Source of the DNA: Planctomycetota bacterium
Lineage (GTDB): Bacteria; Planctomycetota; GCA-002687715; CAIWVZ01
Direction: 5' to 3'
Length of the DNA: 64,000 nucleotides
Assembly (NCBI GenBank): GCA_044222185.1
Contig: JBGANV010000004.1
Location: 32,001 to 96,000 of the forward strand
Shown here: piece by piece, positions 46,391-55,747 of the stretch
Layout: each line of letters starts with the position of its first letter
Position numbering within the stretch: the first letter of the stretch is position 1
Notes under the pieces: model-generated
Databases searched by the model: none
Seen by the model: the letters and a program-made list of their open reading frames with translations, nothing else
What the model was told of the DNA's origin: nothing
Program-made: the position numbers and the translations under genes

Positions 46391-49300
46391 TCAGAACACC
46401 TCGGGCCAGCGCGCCCACGAGAGTCGCCATCCGAGCGGCGCCGCAGGATCCAGATAGATCGTCTGCGAGGTCAAGGTCAGGCCCGACGGAGGATTGGGAA
46501 GGGTGAGGCCGGGCAGGTCGAACTTCCCGCCGGGAGCCGTGCTGCTCGAACTGAAGGTGAACGCCACCGGCAGTGGCGGACCGACGAGGCCGATGCCGTC
46601 GATCACGAATGCCAGCGTGGGGCTGTTGTGGCACGCGAGGACGAAGTTGGACGCCGCGTTGGGCCATTGCGTGAGCGGCTGCGGGCTCGACGTGTCGATG
46701 AAGACCGTGAACGGTTGACCTGCCGGGTAGCCCTCCCAGCGCGCCGTGTACTGCTGCCCGGGCGACGGGTTGGGCGGCACGCGCAGCATCGTGCCTTGAT
46801 TGCTCCCGAGCGTCGCGCCGGATCCGATCCGCAGCGCGATGGAATTCGAGAGGACGGCAGGGACGTTCGACACCGTCAATGCGATGCCGCCAGGGCGCTG
46901 GGTCTGCAACGTGGCGGGCGACAGCGTCGCCGAGACGTGCGTGGAGTTCAGGAACGTCGTGGGCAGCGGAGTGCCATTGGCGTAGACGACCAGGCTCGCG
47001 GTCAGATGCGTGCCGGTGAGTGCGAGCGTGATCGGAGCTGAGGCGGGCGTCATCACGGGCGTGCTGGCCGGCGTGACGGATGCGAGGGTCGGTCCGAAGA
47101 CCGTCAACGAGGAATTGCCACTGACACCGCCGCCGGGTCCTGCGTTCGCGACGCTGACCGCGATCGTTCCCGGGGTGACGATCCATGAAGCGGGCACGGA
47201 AGCGGCGAGCTGGGTCGTGCTCACGAACGTCGTCGCCACGTTCATGCCGTTCAGGCGGACCTGCGATCCGGAGACGAAGCCCGACCCGGTCACCGTGAGG
47301 GTGAACGACGGACCTCCCGCATCGGCCGTCGCAGGCGTCGTCGACGTCACTGCCGGGGCGGGGTTGTTGATGGTGAACGTGGCGGCGTTGCTCGTGCCCC
47401 CGCCGGGCGCCGGGTTGAACAGCGTGATGGTCGCCGTGCCGGCTGCCGTCATGAAAGATGCGGGTACCTGCGCATCGATCATGCCGGGAGCGAACGTGTT
47501 CACCGTCGTGAGGTTCGCCCCGTTGAAGCGGACGATCGTGCCGTTCATGACGTTCGTGCCGATCACCGTCATGGTGAACGTGGCGCTTCCCACCAGCTTG
47601 CTCGTCGGTGCGATGAGCGTGAGTGTGGGCGCCGGATTGGGCGTCTGTGCCACGAGGATCGAGCTGCTCGACGGCCCGGTGGCCGTCACCGGCGCTTCGT
47701 TGAACGCGACGAGGGCGTGCCAGCCCGTCGACAGCGAGATGCCGGTCACCGGCGTCGCGGACGCCGTTCCCGCCAGGTCGGCCTGGGCACGGGTTCGCCA
47801 TTGCGGGCCCGTACCCGGTCGGAACAGCACCCACTTCGCGAATGCACCACCGTTCACCGTGAGGTCGTAGCTTCCTGCCGTCGTCACGTTGAACTGCACG
47901 AGGCGGAACGTGGACGGCGTGAAGAAGTAGTTGAGCGTGGATGTCGTGCCGAGCGCCAGAGTCGCGGATCCGGGGTTGAACGAGGCGGTTGCGTTCGAGA
48001 GGCCGGAGTAGCGCGCGATGATCCCGTTGGTCGGGGTGACGGCGCCCAGGTTTCCGTTCGCGACCACGCAGTCGAACGTCGCCCCGCCGTTCTGGGATTC
48101 AGCAGCGCCGATGGCCACGTCCCAGTCCGCTGCCGAGACGACTCCCACGCAATTCCATGCGGCGGACGGCGTGACCGTGAACGGCTGAAACGGCGTCGTC
48201 ACCGAGGCCGAACTTCCGCCTGCGGCGAACGCGAGGTTCGCGCCGAGTGGCCAGACGTAGATCGTGTAATCGAGACTCGTTGCCGGAACCGCGCCATCCT
48301 TGAAGATCGCGATCACGTGCATGCCGACATCGAGGAAGATCGACTGGACTCCGGTCGACCCGACCGACCCCCACAGCGGCGCACCGCGCGGTCGGAAGCC
48401 CGCGCTCGTGCCGGCGTCGTAAAGGTCCCAGAACAGCGACGTGTCTCCCGTGAGCATCACCTCGTACCAGTCGGGCGTCGTGACCTGGAATTGCTCGAGC
48501 ACCATGACGTGTCCGGCCGGGAATTGCGTGTCGACGACGGTTCCGACGGCGAACGTGGAGGCGACGACCACTTCGACCGCGGCCGTTGGCGTCCCCGAAG
48601 CCAGGGTGAAGTTGGCGCTGCTCGCCGGCACTGGCCCCAGCGTTCCGTTCGAGAGCGCGAAGTCAGTGAATCCAGCGGCAAAGTTCGAGGTCGCTCCACC
48701 GGCATTCACGCTCCAGTTCGACGACGACGCCACGGCAACGCCGTTCCACGCGCCCGCCGCTGGAGTGAACGTGCCGGTCGTGCAGGAGGAGGTGATCTGC
48801 GTCGGAGTGTTCGTGGGGAGGGCGACGGTCGTTCCGCAGATGACGTTCACGGTCATCGTGTTCGACAGTCCGCCGGCTGGTGACGCGTTGTTGACCTGGA
48901 CGGTGTGAGCGCCGAGCGTGTTCAGGAAGGAGCCGGGGACGTTGGCGAGGAGTGTGGTCGCGTTGAGGAAGGTGGTCACGACGGGGGCACCGTCCACCAG
49001 AACCGAGCTGTCCGGGAAGCCCTCCGGGGTGGAGTCGCGGTGCGACGAGTGGAAATGCGTCCCCGTGATCGTCAGCGAGACGAAGCCGCTCGCCGGGGTG
49101 ATCTGAGCGGGGCTCAGTGCGGTGATCGTCGGCGCAGGCGGCGAGCCGTACATCGTCGCCATGCCCTGGGCATCGAAGATGGATAGGTGATTGCCGACCC
49201 CGATCTTGTTCTGCCACTGCGCGGCATTCGCACCGTTCACCGTGATCGCCCGCAACTGCGACGGGCAAAGAGGGAGCGATACCGTCGGACACCGCGAGAA

Positions 49301-49930
49301 CGCCCATTGCCCGTAATGCATGATCGAGTCGAAGTCGTAGGGCGTGACGTTCGTCGTGTTCGGGATGATGAAGAAATTGAACTGGAAGTTGATGGTCGGG
49401 ATGATGTTCGCCCACTCGATGGTGACGAAGTTGTTTCGGTCCGGGCGCATGTGCTCATGCACGTAGCCGAGAGTGTGCCCGAGCTCGTGAACGACCGTCC
49501 CCCAGTTCCAGTTGTTGATGAAGACGAACTGCTGCCCGCCTTGGGGGACCTTGCCGATGGCGGAGAAGTTCGATCCCGGCGCCGGGTTGTCCACCAGCGT
49601 GACGTAATCGACCTCGTTCGTGCGCGGCACGAAGTGGACCGCCGAGACGGCCTCCCACGACGCCATCGCCTCGGCAGCGATGGCGCGCTGGTTCGCGGAG
49701 AGCGGCGAATCAAACGTGAACGGAACGGTCGCATTGGGCCAGAGGCCGGGGATCCAACCGCCGTCGGTGAAGAACGCCGTCTGCGGGATGAGCATGTCGT
49801 CGACGGCGAGGAAGCCCTCGGGGATTTCGAGCGTCGGAGACTGCGCTGACGTGGGAGTCGCGATTGCGACGGCTCCCAGCAGCACCGCGAGCGATACCTG
49901 ACGCCCGAACCGGCGGGATGCAGTTTTCAT
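46391..49930 (-). CDS. Secreted astacin-family (M12A) metalloprotease with IPT/TIG domains and a C-terminal beta domain
   Basis: Signal peptide at ATG 49930; HELGHTLGYVHEHMRPDR; Met-turn YDFDSIMHY; several 'P.IT.L.P...G..F....V..NG' IPT repeats. Confidence 0.93.
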   Translation of the reverse strand: MKTASRRFGRQVSLAVLLGAVAIATPTSAQSPTLEIPEGFLAVDDMLIPQTAFFTDGGWIPGLWPNATVPFTFDSPLSANQRAIAAEAMASWEAVSAVHFVPRTNEVDYVTLVDNPAPGSNFSAIGKVPQGGQQFVFINNWNWGTVVHELGHTLGYVHEHMRPDRNNFVTIEWANIIPTINFQFNFFIIPNTTNVTPYDFDSIMHYGQWAFSRCPTVSLPLCPSQLRAITVNGANAAQWQNKIGVGNHLSIFDAQGMATMYGSPPAPTITALSPAQITPASGFVSLTITGTHFHSSHRDSTPEGFPDSSVLVDGAPVVTTFLNATTLLANVPGSFLNTLGAHTVQVNNASPAGGLSNTMTVNVICGTTVALPTNTPTQITSSCTTGTFTPAAGAWNGVAVASSSNWSVNAGGATSNFAAGFTDFALSNGTLGPVPASSANFTLASGTPTAAVEVVVASTFAVGTVVDTQFPAGHVMVLEQFQVTTPDWYEVMLTGDTSLFWDLYDAGTSAGFRPRGAPLWGSVGSTGVQSIFLDVGMHVIAIFKDGAVPATSLDYTIYVWPLGANLAFAAGGSSASVTTPFQPFTVTPSAAWNCVGVVSAADWDVAIGAAESQNGGATFDCVVANGNLGAVTPTNGIIARYSGLSNATASFNPGSATLALGTTSTLNYFFTPSTFRLVQFNVTTAGSYDLTVNGGAFAKWVLFRPGTGPQWRTRAQADLAGTASATPVTGISLSTGWHALVAFNEAPVTATGPSSSSILVAQTPNPAPTLTLIAPTSKLVGSATFTMTVIGTNVMNGTIVRFNGANLTTVNTFAPGMIDAQVPASFMTAAGTATITLFNPAPGGGTSNAATFTINNPAPAVTSTTPATADAGGPSFTLTVTGSGFVSGSQVRLNGMNVATTFVSTTQLAASVPASWIVTPGTIAVSVANAGPGGGVSGNSSLTVFGPTLASVTPASTPVMTPASAPITLALTGTHLTASLVVYANGTPLPTTFLNSTHVSATLSPATLQTQRPGGIALTVSNVPAVLSNSIALRIGSGATLGSNQGTMLRVPPNPSPGQQYTARWEGYPAGQPFTVFIDTSSPQPLTQWPNAASNFVLACHNSPTLAFVIDGIGLVGPPLPVAFTFSSSSTAPGGKFDLPGLTLPNPPSGLTLTSQTIYLDPAAPLGWRLSWARWPEVF

Positions 49931-50271
49931 GACGGCGTGACTCCGCAAGGGTTTACGACGATCGCGGCTGCGAGCCCACCGCGACCGATGAGCTCCAAGC
50001 GTCACGAGCGAGCCGCAGGTGACAGGAGATCGGGAATCCCGCGCCCGCGCGCGAATCCGCCGTCGTTGCGGACGGAGCTGGCGTGAGCGCCGCGCGCCTC
50101 GGGATCCACGGCCTGGCAGCCGGCGCGTGACACCCGCGACTCGCAATCGGCGGCTCGCCTCGCTCCCGATCGAATCGGCCCGTTCCGGGCACCTCGGCCG
50201 CGCCTCGGTGGTCCGGTGGCTTGCCGACTCGCGCGTTCGCCGCGGTGCGACGGGCTGCAGCTTTCGTCCGA

Positions 50272-50277
50272 TACAAT
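50272..50277 (+). promoter_or_regulatory. Putative sigma70 -10 (TACAAT) for the M48 pair
   Basis: Hexamer about 58 bp upstream of ATG 50335. Confidence 0.4.
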
Positions 50278-50334
50278 CCCGCCCACGATTCGGCGGCGCG
50301 AGGGCCGCCCTCGTCGAATGAGAGGCCCACGAGC

Positions 50335-52536
50335 ATGGCATCAGACGGATCGCGCGTACTCACCGAGGCGGAGCGCCGGGACCTGCTCGATCGTTTCAGT
50401 GTCGAGATCGGACGCGCGGCACCGCCGTTGGGGTTGAGGGTCGCGAGCGTGCTCGCGCTCGTGTTGCTCGTGGTGCTGCCGCTCGTGTACTTCGGCATCG
50501 TCGCCGCGATCCTCTGGGCGACGTGGTGGCACGCGACCCATGGCGCGTGGGTGCTGCAGATGAAGTCGTCGCGGAGGGCGGGGATCATCCTCTACGTCAT
50601 GCTTCTGGTCGCAGGGCCCGTCACCGTGTTCTTCCTCCTCAAGCCGTTCTTCAGGAAGCGCCTCGAGGCTTCGGCGTCGGACGAGCCGCTCGAGTTGGCC
50701 GAGAAGGAGCAGCCGTTCCTCTTTGCGTACGTGGCCACGCTGTGCCGGGCGCTCCGTGCGCCAATCCCGCACCGCGTCGTCGTCGACTGCGAGGCGAACG
50801 CATCGGCCGGCTTCCACGACGCGAGAGCCGGGCTTCTGGGGAAGACGCGCGTCCTCACCCTTGGGCTGCCGTACGTGGGTGCCATGACGCTCGCCGAGCT
50901 CACATCGGTGCTCGCGCACGAATTCGGCCACTTCACCCAGGGCGGCGGCATCTGGCTTCACATGACGATCCGCAGGCTCGTCGACTGGTACGGGCGTGTC
51001 GTGTTCGAACGAGACTCCTGGGACGAGAAGCTGACGGCCGCTGCGAGGAAGGGAGGCCGGTTCGCCGTGCTCGCGTGGGCTGCGATCGCCCTCCTCTGGA
51101 TCGTGCGCAAGCTGCTGTTTGGGGTCTTGTGGCTCGGGCTCGCGTTCGCGTCGTGGCTCAGCCGCCAGCTCGAGTTTCACGCCGACCGATTCGCTGCCCG
51201 CATGTTGGGAGCGATCCCGACGAGTCACGGCCTGGCAATCGCCCGCCGCGCGGCGACGGCCGTGCGATGGTCTCGCGGTTTCGGGCGGATGCGCTTCGAA
51301 TCGTCCGACGAGGTGACCTCGAACTTCCCGGAGCTCGTCCGACTGGTGGCTGAAACCACGACGGCCGCCACGTGGGCCGAGGTCGACGCCGCCGCGAGTG
51401 CGAGTCCTTCGTCGCGTTTCTCGACGCATCCGTCCGCCGCCGACCGCGCCGCCGCCGCCCAGCGCGTGGAGGCGGCGGGAAGGATCCAACTGCCGGAGCT
51501 TCCCGCGACCGTGCTTCTCGCCGACCACGTGGGTGTTTGCGAGCGCGCAACATCCCGCGAGTACGCCGACCTCTTCGCGCGCTTCCCGACGACGGGAACG
51601 GTCGCGCCGGCCGTGCTGCTCTGGTCGGCGCGCGTCGAAGCCGAGCTCCCGCCCGCAGCCGAGCGGTTCTTCCAGGGCGCGCTCGATCGTCGTCGCGCGT
51701 TCGACGTGCCGGGATCGATCGACCCGCCGGAAGGCGCGCTCGACTCCGTGTCGGACGGCCTTCGCGCGTTGCGGAAGTCGATCATCGCCGAGGCACCCGG
51801 CTACGTTTCACTCGTCGACGCCTGGAGCGAACCGCTCCTGAACGTGGACATCGCGCAGGCCGCGGACGTGGCCTTGGCCGCCGACCTCGGGTACTCGGCG
51901 TCCGACCTGGGGCTCAGCGCCGCGACCCGCGAGGCCGCACGGGACGCGATTGCCGCTGCGCGCGCGAAGATGGACGGGCTGGCTTCGACACTCGAGCCCT
52001 TCGAGAGGGCCGTCGCCGCCCGATTGCGGATCTCCCTCGGCCTCTTCGGTCGGCCGGACGTGCGCGCAGCGATCGACCGCGGCGGTGAAGCGCTCGCGGA
52101 GATCGCGCATCTGTTGCCCATCGCTCGCTCGATGGGGCACGCCATTCCCAAGGCGATTGCGTTGTACGTGACCGTCGACTCGGCGACCCGACTCCAAGGT
52201 GGGTCGTCGAATCATCGCGATCGACGCAAGGTGGCGGCGGCATCCTCCGATCAGGCGGAGCGCCTGCGTTCGGTCGCGACCGAGATCGTCGCTGCGTTGG
52301 AGAGGATCCCGTGGCCCGTTCGCGAGGGCGGCGGCGCTCGCACGATGGCGTCCCATCTCGAACCGGTGCCTGCTGCCGCCGCCGGCCTGGACGGCGTGAT
52401 GACGGCAGCGAAGGGGGTCGTGCGGCGCTTCGGCTCGCAGTGGTTCTACACCATGGGACGACTTGCACAGCTCGCCGAACGCGCGGAGCAGCACGTGGGG
52501 CTGGAGCCGCTCGCGCCCCCAGCGAAGGCGAGCTGA
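50335..52536 (+). CDS. M48-family (HtpX/Ste24-like) membrane zinc peptidase with a long helical C-terminal extension
   Basis: TM helices; ANASA, LTLGLP, VLAHEFGHF, SRQLEFHADRFA, STHP. Confidence 0.9.
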   Translation: MASDGSRVLTEAERRDLLDRFSVEIGRAAPPLGLRVASVLALVLLVVLPLVYFGIVAAILWATWWHATHGAWVLQMKSSRRAGIILYVMLLVAGPVTVFFLLKPFFRKRLEASASDEPLELAEKEQPFLFAYVATLCRALRAPIPHRVVVDCEANASAGFHDARAGLLGKTRVLTLGLPYVGAMTLAELTSVLAHEFGHFTQGGGIWLHMTIRRLVDWYGRVVFERDSWDEKLTAAARKGGRFAVLAWAAIALLWIVRKLLFGVLWLGLAFASWLSRQLEFHADRFAARMLGAIPTSHGLAIARRAATAVRWSRGFGRMRFESSDEVTSNFPELVRLVAETTTAATWAEVDAAASASPSSRFSTHPSAADRAAAAQRVEAAGRIQLPELPATVLLADHVGVCERATSREYADLFARFPTTGTVAPAVLLWSARVEAELPPAAERFFQGALDRRRAFDVPGSIDPPEGALDSVSDGLRALRKSIIAEAPGYVSLVDAWSEPLLNVDIAQAADVALAADLGYSASDLGLSAATREAARDAIAAARAKMDGLASTLEPFERAVAARLRISLGLFGRPDVRAAIDRGGEALAEIAHLLPIARSMGHAIPKAIALYVTVDSATRLQGGSSNHRDRRKVAAASSDQAERLRSVATEIVAALERIPWPVREGGGARTMASHLEPVPAAAAGLDGVMTAAKGVVRRFGSQWFYTMGRLAQLAERAEQHVGLEPLAPPAKAS

Positions 52537-52537
52537 C

Positions 52538-53806
52538 GTGTCGACCGCACCCGCGCGGAATCGATCAGGCGACGAGCGCCTGTGGTTGATGGGCGCGTGG
52601 GTCGCCCTCGCACTCATGGTCGTCGGCGCGACGACCCACGGGTTGGTCGTCCTGTGCAGCGGCGCCTGGGTGCTCGAGCGGTTGCAGATCCTCATCGACC
52701 TCGCGCGCGTCACGCCGCCCCCGCACCGTGCGACGCTCTGGTGGCCCTCCGCCGTGCTTCTCGTTTCCGTCGGCTGGTTGTTCGGCGTGCTGGTACCTCT
52801 GCGCGGGAAGTGGCGTCGGCCCCGATCGCGAGGAGCGGGGCGGTTCCTCGATCGCGAACGCGATGTGGCGTCGTTCGAGGAGATCGGTCGCCTCGCGCGT
52901 GCGGCGGGCGCCCCCGATCCCGAGTCCGTCTTCGTCGATGCCACGGCGGACGTGTGGGTTGAACCGGACCGGAGGCGGCTCGACGGATCGTCGCTTCGTC
53001 GCGGGACGCTCGTCGTCGGAATGAACCTGGTCGCGACGACGTCGGCGGACGTCGTTCGAGCGGCCATCGCGCGTGCGTTCGCGGAGACCGTGCCGAAGTC
53101 GGTGAGCAGAGTTCACGAATGGCTCGACCACCTGGGTACGCGATGCTGGGACATCCTGGGAGGTGATGACGACTCTCCGGTTCACTCCGACGACCTCGGG
53201 GACGTGCGTCGTCCACCCCGTCGTTTCCTCGTCGGCGGCGACGCCTTCGTTCTCACCGTGATCGGACGATGTGCGTTCAGCGTCCCTTGCCTTCCCTTCC
53301 TCTGGCTCGCTCCGAGGCTCCTGCGGGCGCGTGAGCGGCGTGTCGATCGCGTCGCGGCGTCGATCGTCGAGGTTCAGGCGATGCGGGAGTGGTTGCGTGC
53401 GGACCTTCGCGCGCGCGTCGCCGAGCGCCGCGTGAAGCGCGCGCTGGCGGAGCGATTCGACCGCGGAGAGCCGTGGGCGGAAGATCTACCGGCACTCTGT
53501 CGGGATGCCGTGGGCTCCGTTGGGGATCGCGCGTGGATGCGGATTCGTGACGTCTTCACGGCGGACGACGTCCCTGCGTTCGCGCCGTCATCGGGACGCT
53601 ACGTGCGCGATTCGGCGTTGGCGGACCTGGGACTTCATCGCGGCACACCCGACGTGCCGTCGGGCGAGACGCTTTTTGGAGACTTCGCCGAGCTCTGTCG
53701 TGCCGTGACTCGCGCCTGGTACGAAGCGGGCGGCGCCGAGGCGTCGCGCCCGGTGATCACTCGACGATCTTCCCCTCCACGATCTTCTTCTCGCGATGCT
53801 TCTTGA
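52538..53806 (+). CDS. Degenerate M48-like membrane protein lacking HEXXH (pseudo-peptidase)
   Basis: Same layout as the upstream gene (GAPDP..V.VD, LVVGM, RARERRVDRVAA, F.ELCRAVT), but 'AIARAFAE' replaces 'VLAHEFGH'. GTG lies 1 nt after the upstream stop. Confidence 0.65.
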   Translation: MSTAPARNRSGDERLWLMGAWVALALMVVGATTHGLVVLCSGAWVLERLQILIDLARVTPPPHRATLWWPSAVLLVSVGWLFGVLVPLRGKWRRPRSRGAGRFLDRERDVASFEEIGRLARAAGAPDPESVFVDATADVWVEPDRRRLDGSSLRRGTLVVGMNLVATTSADVVRAAIARAFAETVPKSVSRVHEWLDHLGTRCWDILGGDDDSPVHSDDLGDVRRPPRRFLVGGDAFVLTVIGRCAFSVPCLPFLWLAPRLLRARERRVDRVAASIVEVQAMREWLRADLRARVAERRVKRALAERFDRGEPWAEDLPALCRDAVGSVGDRAWMRIRDVFTADDVPAFAPSSGRYVRDSALADLGLHRGTPDVPSGETLFGDFAELCRAVTRAWYEAGGAEASRPVITRRSSPPRSSSRDAS

Positions 53807-55619
53807 GGACGAAGTCGAGGAAGCCCAGGTAGCCCTTTTCGATCGTGTCGAGCCCGTATTTGCCGAAGACCTGCTTGAAGGCCTCCATGCCTGACTTGCC
53901 GTTCAGTTCCATGCGCATGTACTCGAGCCAGTCCTTGGCGTATTTCCCGCCCTCGCCGTGGTTCAGGTAGTAGACGAGCGCCCAACCCTGGGCGTACGTG
54001 AGCTCGGCCCACAGGTGATCCTTGTTGTTCTTCTTCGACCACTCTTCGCGCGTGATCGCGACGAGCTCGTCGAACTTGATGAGTCGCTTCATGGCGCGGG
54101 CGAGGGTCAGCGTGATCATGCGCGTGTCGTTGATGCGGCCCGGCTCGTAGACGACCGATCCGGTGACGGGGTCGCGCTCGGCGCTCTTGCCGTGGCCGCC
54201 GAAGTACTCGGCGATGCCCTCGCTGAACCACATGGACTGCTTCGACTGGACCTCGGCGTCCTTCACGGCGTTCTTGTGATCGAAGAGCATGTGCGTGCCT
54301 TCGTGGAAGATCACGTTCCGCTCGTCCTCCTCCGTCGACTTGTAGATGATGATGCGCCGCTCCGTCGGCTCGTAGTGCCCGGCGGAAAGCACGGGCACGG
54401 TTTCGTGGCGCTGCTGATACTTGACGTAGTCCTCGCGTGAGCGCAGGAAGATCACGGGCGGCGCCGACATGGAACCGGAGAAGTCGATCTCCTTCGCGTA
54501 GCGGCGACGCCAGGTGTCTTCGAGCGTCCGCAACATCTGGACGATCTCGTAGGCGCGATCGACGGACCGCTCCTTCGGGTCTTTCTGGACGAGGATCAGG
54601 TAGGGCCTGACGATGAATGGATCGAACGCGTTCTCCTGGCCCGGGTCCTTGAAGTAGTCGCCGAGTTCGCCCTCGACGCGGAGCGCCGCCTTCTCCGCCT
54701 TCGTGTAGAACCAACTCACGTTGCCCGCAGAACGATCTTCGAAGAGCCTGGTTCCCTCGCCCAGGATCGCACCGAACCGGCCGGCGTCGGGGCCGGCGAG
54801 CCACGCGACGTCCGGCGAGAAGCCGAGATTGCGCTCGCGTCTCGTTGCGTCTCGTTGCTTGTCGGCGGCCGCCGCGACTTCCTCGAGCGCGGCTGCGAGT
54901 TTCGACGGGGTGTTCTTCGACGCGAGCCACGCGTCCACTTCGTTCTTCGAGCAGCGCAGGTCACCGAGCTCCGCGTGTGCGGGAGCGAAATCCGGATCGG
55001 CTGCGAGCGCGTTCTTCAGACAGGCGGTGATGCGTGTTTCGAACTCCCGGATCTCCGGGCTTGCGGGCGTCGCCGCCCTCACCGTCTCGAGCTGTTTTCG
55101 GCCGAACTGAGCGGCGTCGACCCATTCCTGCGGCGACTTGGCCACGTGGATGCGTGTCTTGAAGCGAACGAGTTCGGTCGAGCCGCTCTCGTCATCGGCG
55201 GGGGGCGTCGGTTTCGGCAACGCTGCCGGCGTCTGGGCAATCGGCACTTCGGTTTGGAGTGGGCGCGATTCGGCGCCGCGCGATGGCGGGGGAGATGCGC
55301 TCGGGCTCGGCGATGGCGATGAAGGCTGCGTCGGGGCCTTTGGGGTCGGCGCTCCTTCGCCTCCGCGAAACAGGAAGAACGCGGCCACGAGCGCCAGCAC
55401 GCCGCCGCCCGAGAGCCACAGCACGAGCCCGGGGTTTCTGCTGCTCGATCGCGGCGCTGGCGCATCGGGGCGATGCACGCGCCGCGGCGGCTGACGGGGC
55501 GGCGTCGTCGGTTTGACGACGCGGACGTCGGCGCCGCAGGAGCCACAGGTGAACACGGACGGAAGATCCGCAGACGCTTCGAACTCGGCGCCGCACGCGC
55601 GACATGTGACCGGTTGCAC
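53757..55619 (-). CDS. DUF1570-like zincin with an N-terminal Zn-ribbon and a TM anchor
   Basis: RBS AGGAGG plus GTG 55619; CRAC/CGSC; TM helix; GHYEP, HEGTH, WFSEGIAEYF, YAQGWALVYYL. Confidence 0.85.
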   Translation of the reverse strand: MQPVTCRACGAEFEASADLPSVFTCGSCGADVRVVKPTTPPRQPPRRVHRPDAPAPRSSSRNPGLVLWLSGGGVLALVAAFFLFRGGEGAPTPKAPTQPSSPSPSPSASPPPSRGAESRPLQTEVPIAQTPAALPKPTPPADDESGSTELVRFKTRIHVAKSPQEWVDAAQFGRKQLETVRAATPASPEIREFETRITACLKNALAADPDFAPAHAELGDLRCSKNEVDAWLASKNTPSKLAAALEEVAAAADKQRDATRRERNLGFSPDVAWLAGPDAGRFGAILGEGTRLFEDRSAGNVSWFYTKAEKAALRVEGELGDYFKDPGQENAFDPFIVRPYLILVQKDPKERSVDRAYEIVQMLRTLEDTWRRRYAKEIDFSGSMSAPPVIFLRSREDYVKYQQRHETVPVLSAGHYEPTERRIIIYKSTEEDERNVIFHEGTHMLFDHKNAVKDAEVQSKQSMWFSEGIAEYFGGHGKSAERDPVTGSVVYEPGRINDTRMITLTLARAMKRLIKFDELVAITREEWSKKNNKDHLWAELTYAQGWALVYYLNHGEGGKYAKDWLEYMRMELNGKSGMEAFKQVFGKYGLDTIEKGYLGFLDFVLKKHREKKIVEGKIVE

Positions 55620-55680
55620 GCCCGACCTCCTGATGCCTGAGGAACCGGTGGGTGATGGCGGGCCGGTTCGTCGCGGGCGA

Positions 55681-55686
55681 ATTGTA
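55681..55686 (-). promoter_or_regulatory. Putative sigma70 -10 (TACAAT)
   Basis: Hexamer about 62 bp upstream of GTG 55619 in a divergent intergenic gap. Confidence 0.4.
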
Positions 55687-55747
55687 GTCGACGCTGTACA
55701 CTCACGCCCGGGTTGCGGAGCGTCCATCCGCACCCTCGGGGTTCAAC

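Noticed and set aside
50054-50076. ATCCG...CGGA dyad upstream of the astacin gene as a fifth copy of the N13 motif
   Set aside because: TCCG-to-CGGA spacing is 13 rather than 15 nt and the flanks do not match.
34737-55270. Recurrent short peptide ESR(P/K) at protein ends or linkers (GT-C VESRPK, zincin APESRK, DUF1570 AESRP)
   Set aside because: Too short and too compatible with GC-rich codon bias to support a sorting-motif claim from this window alone.
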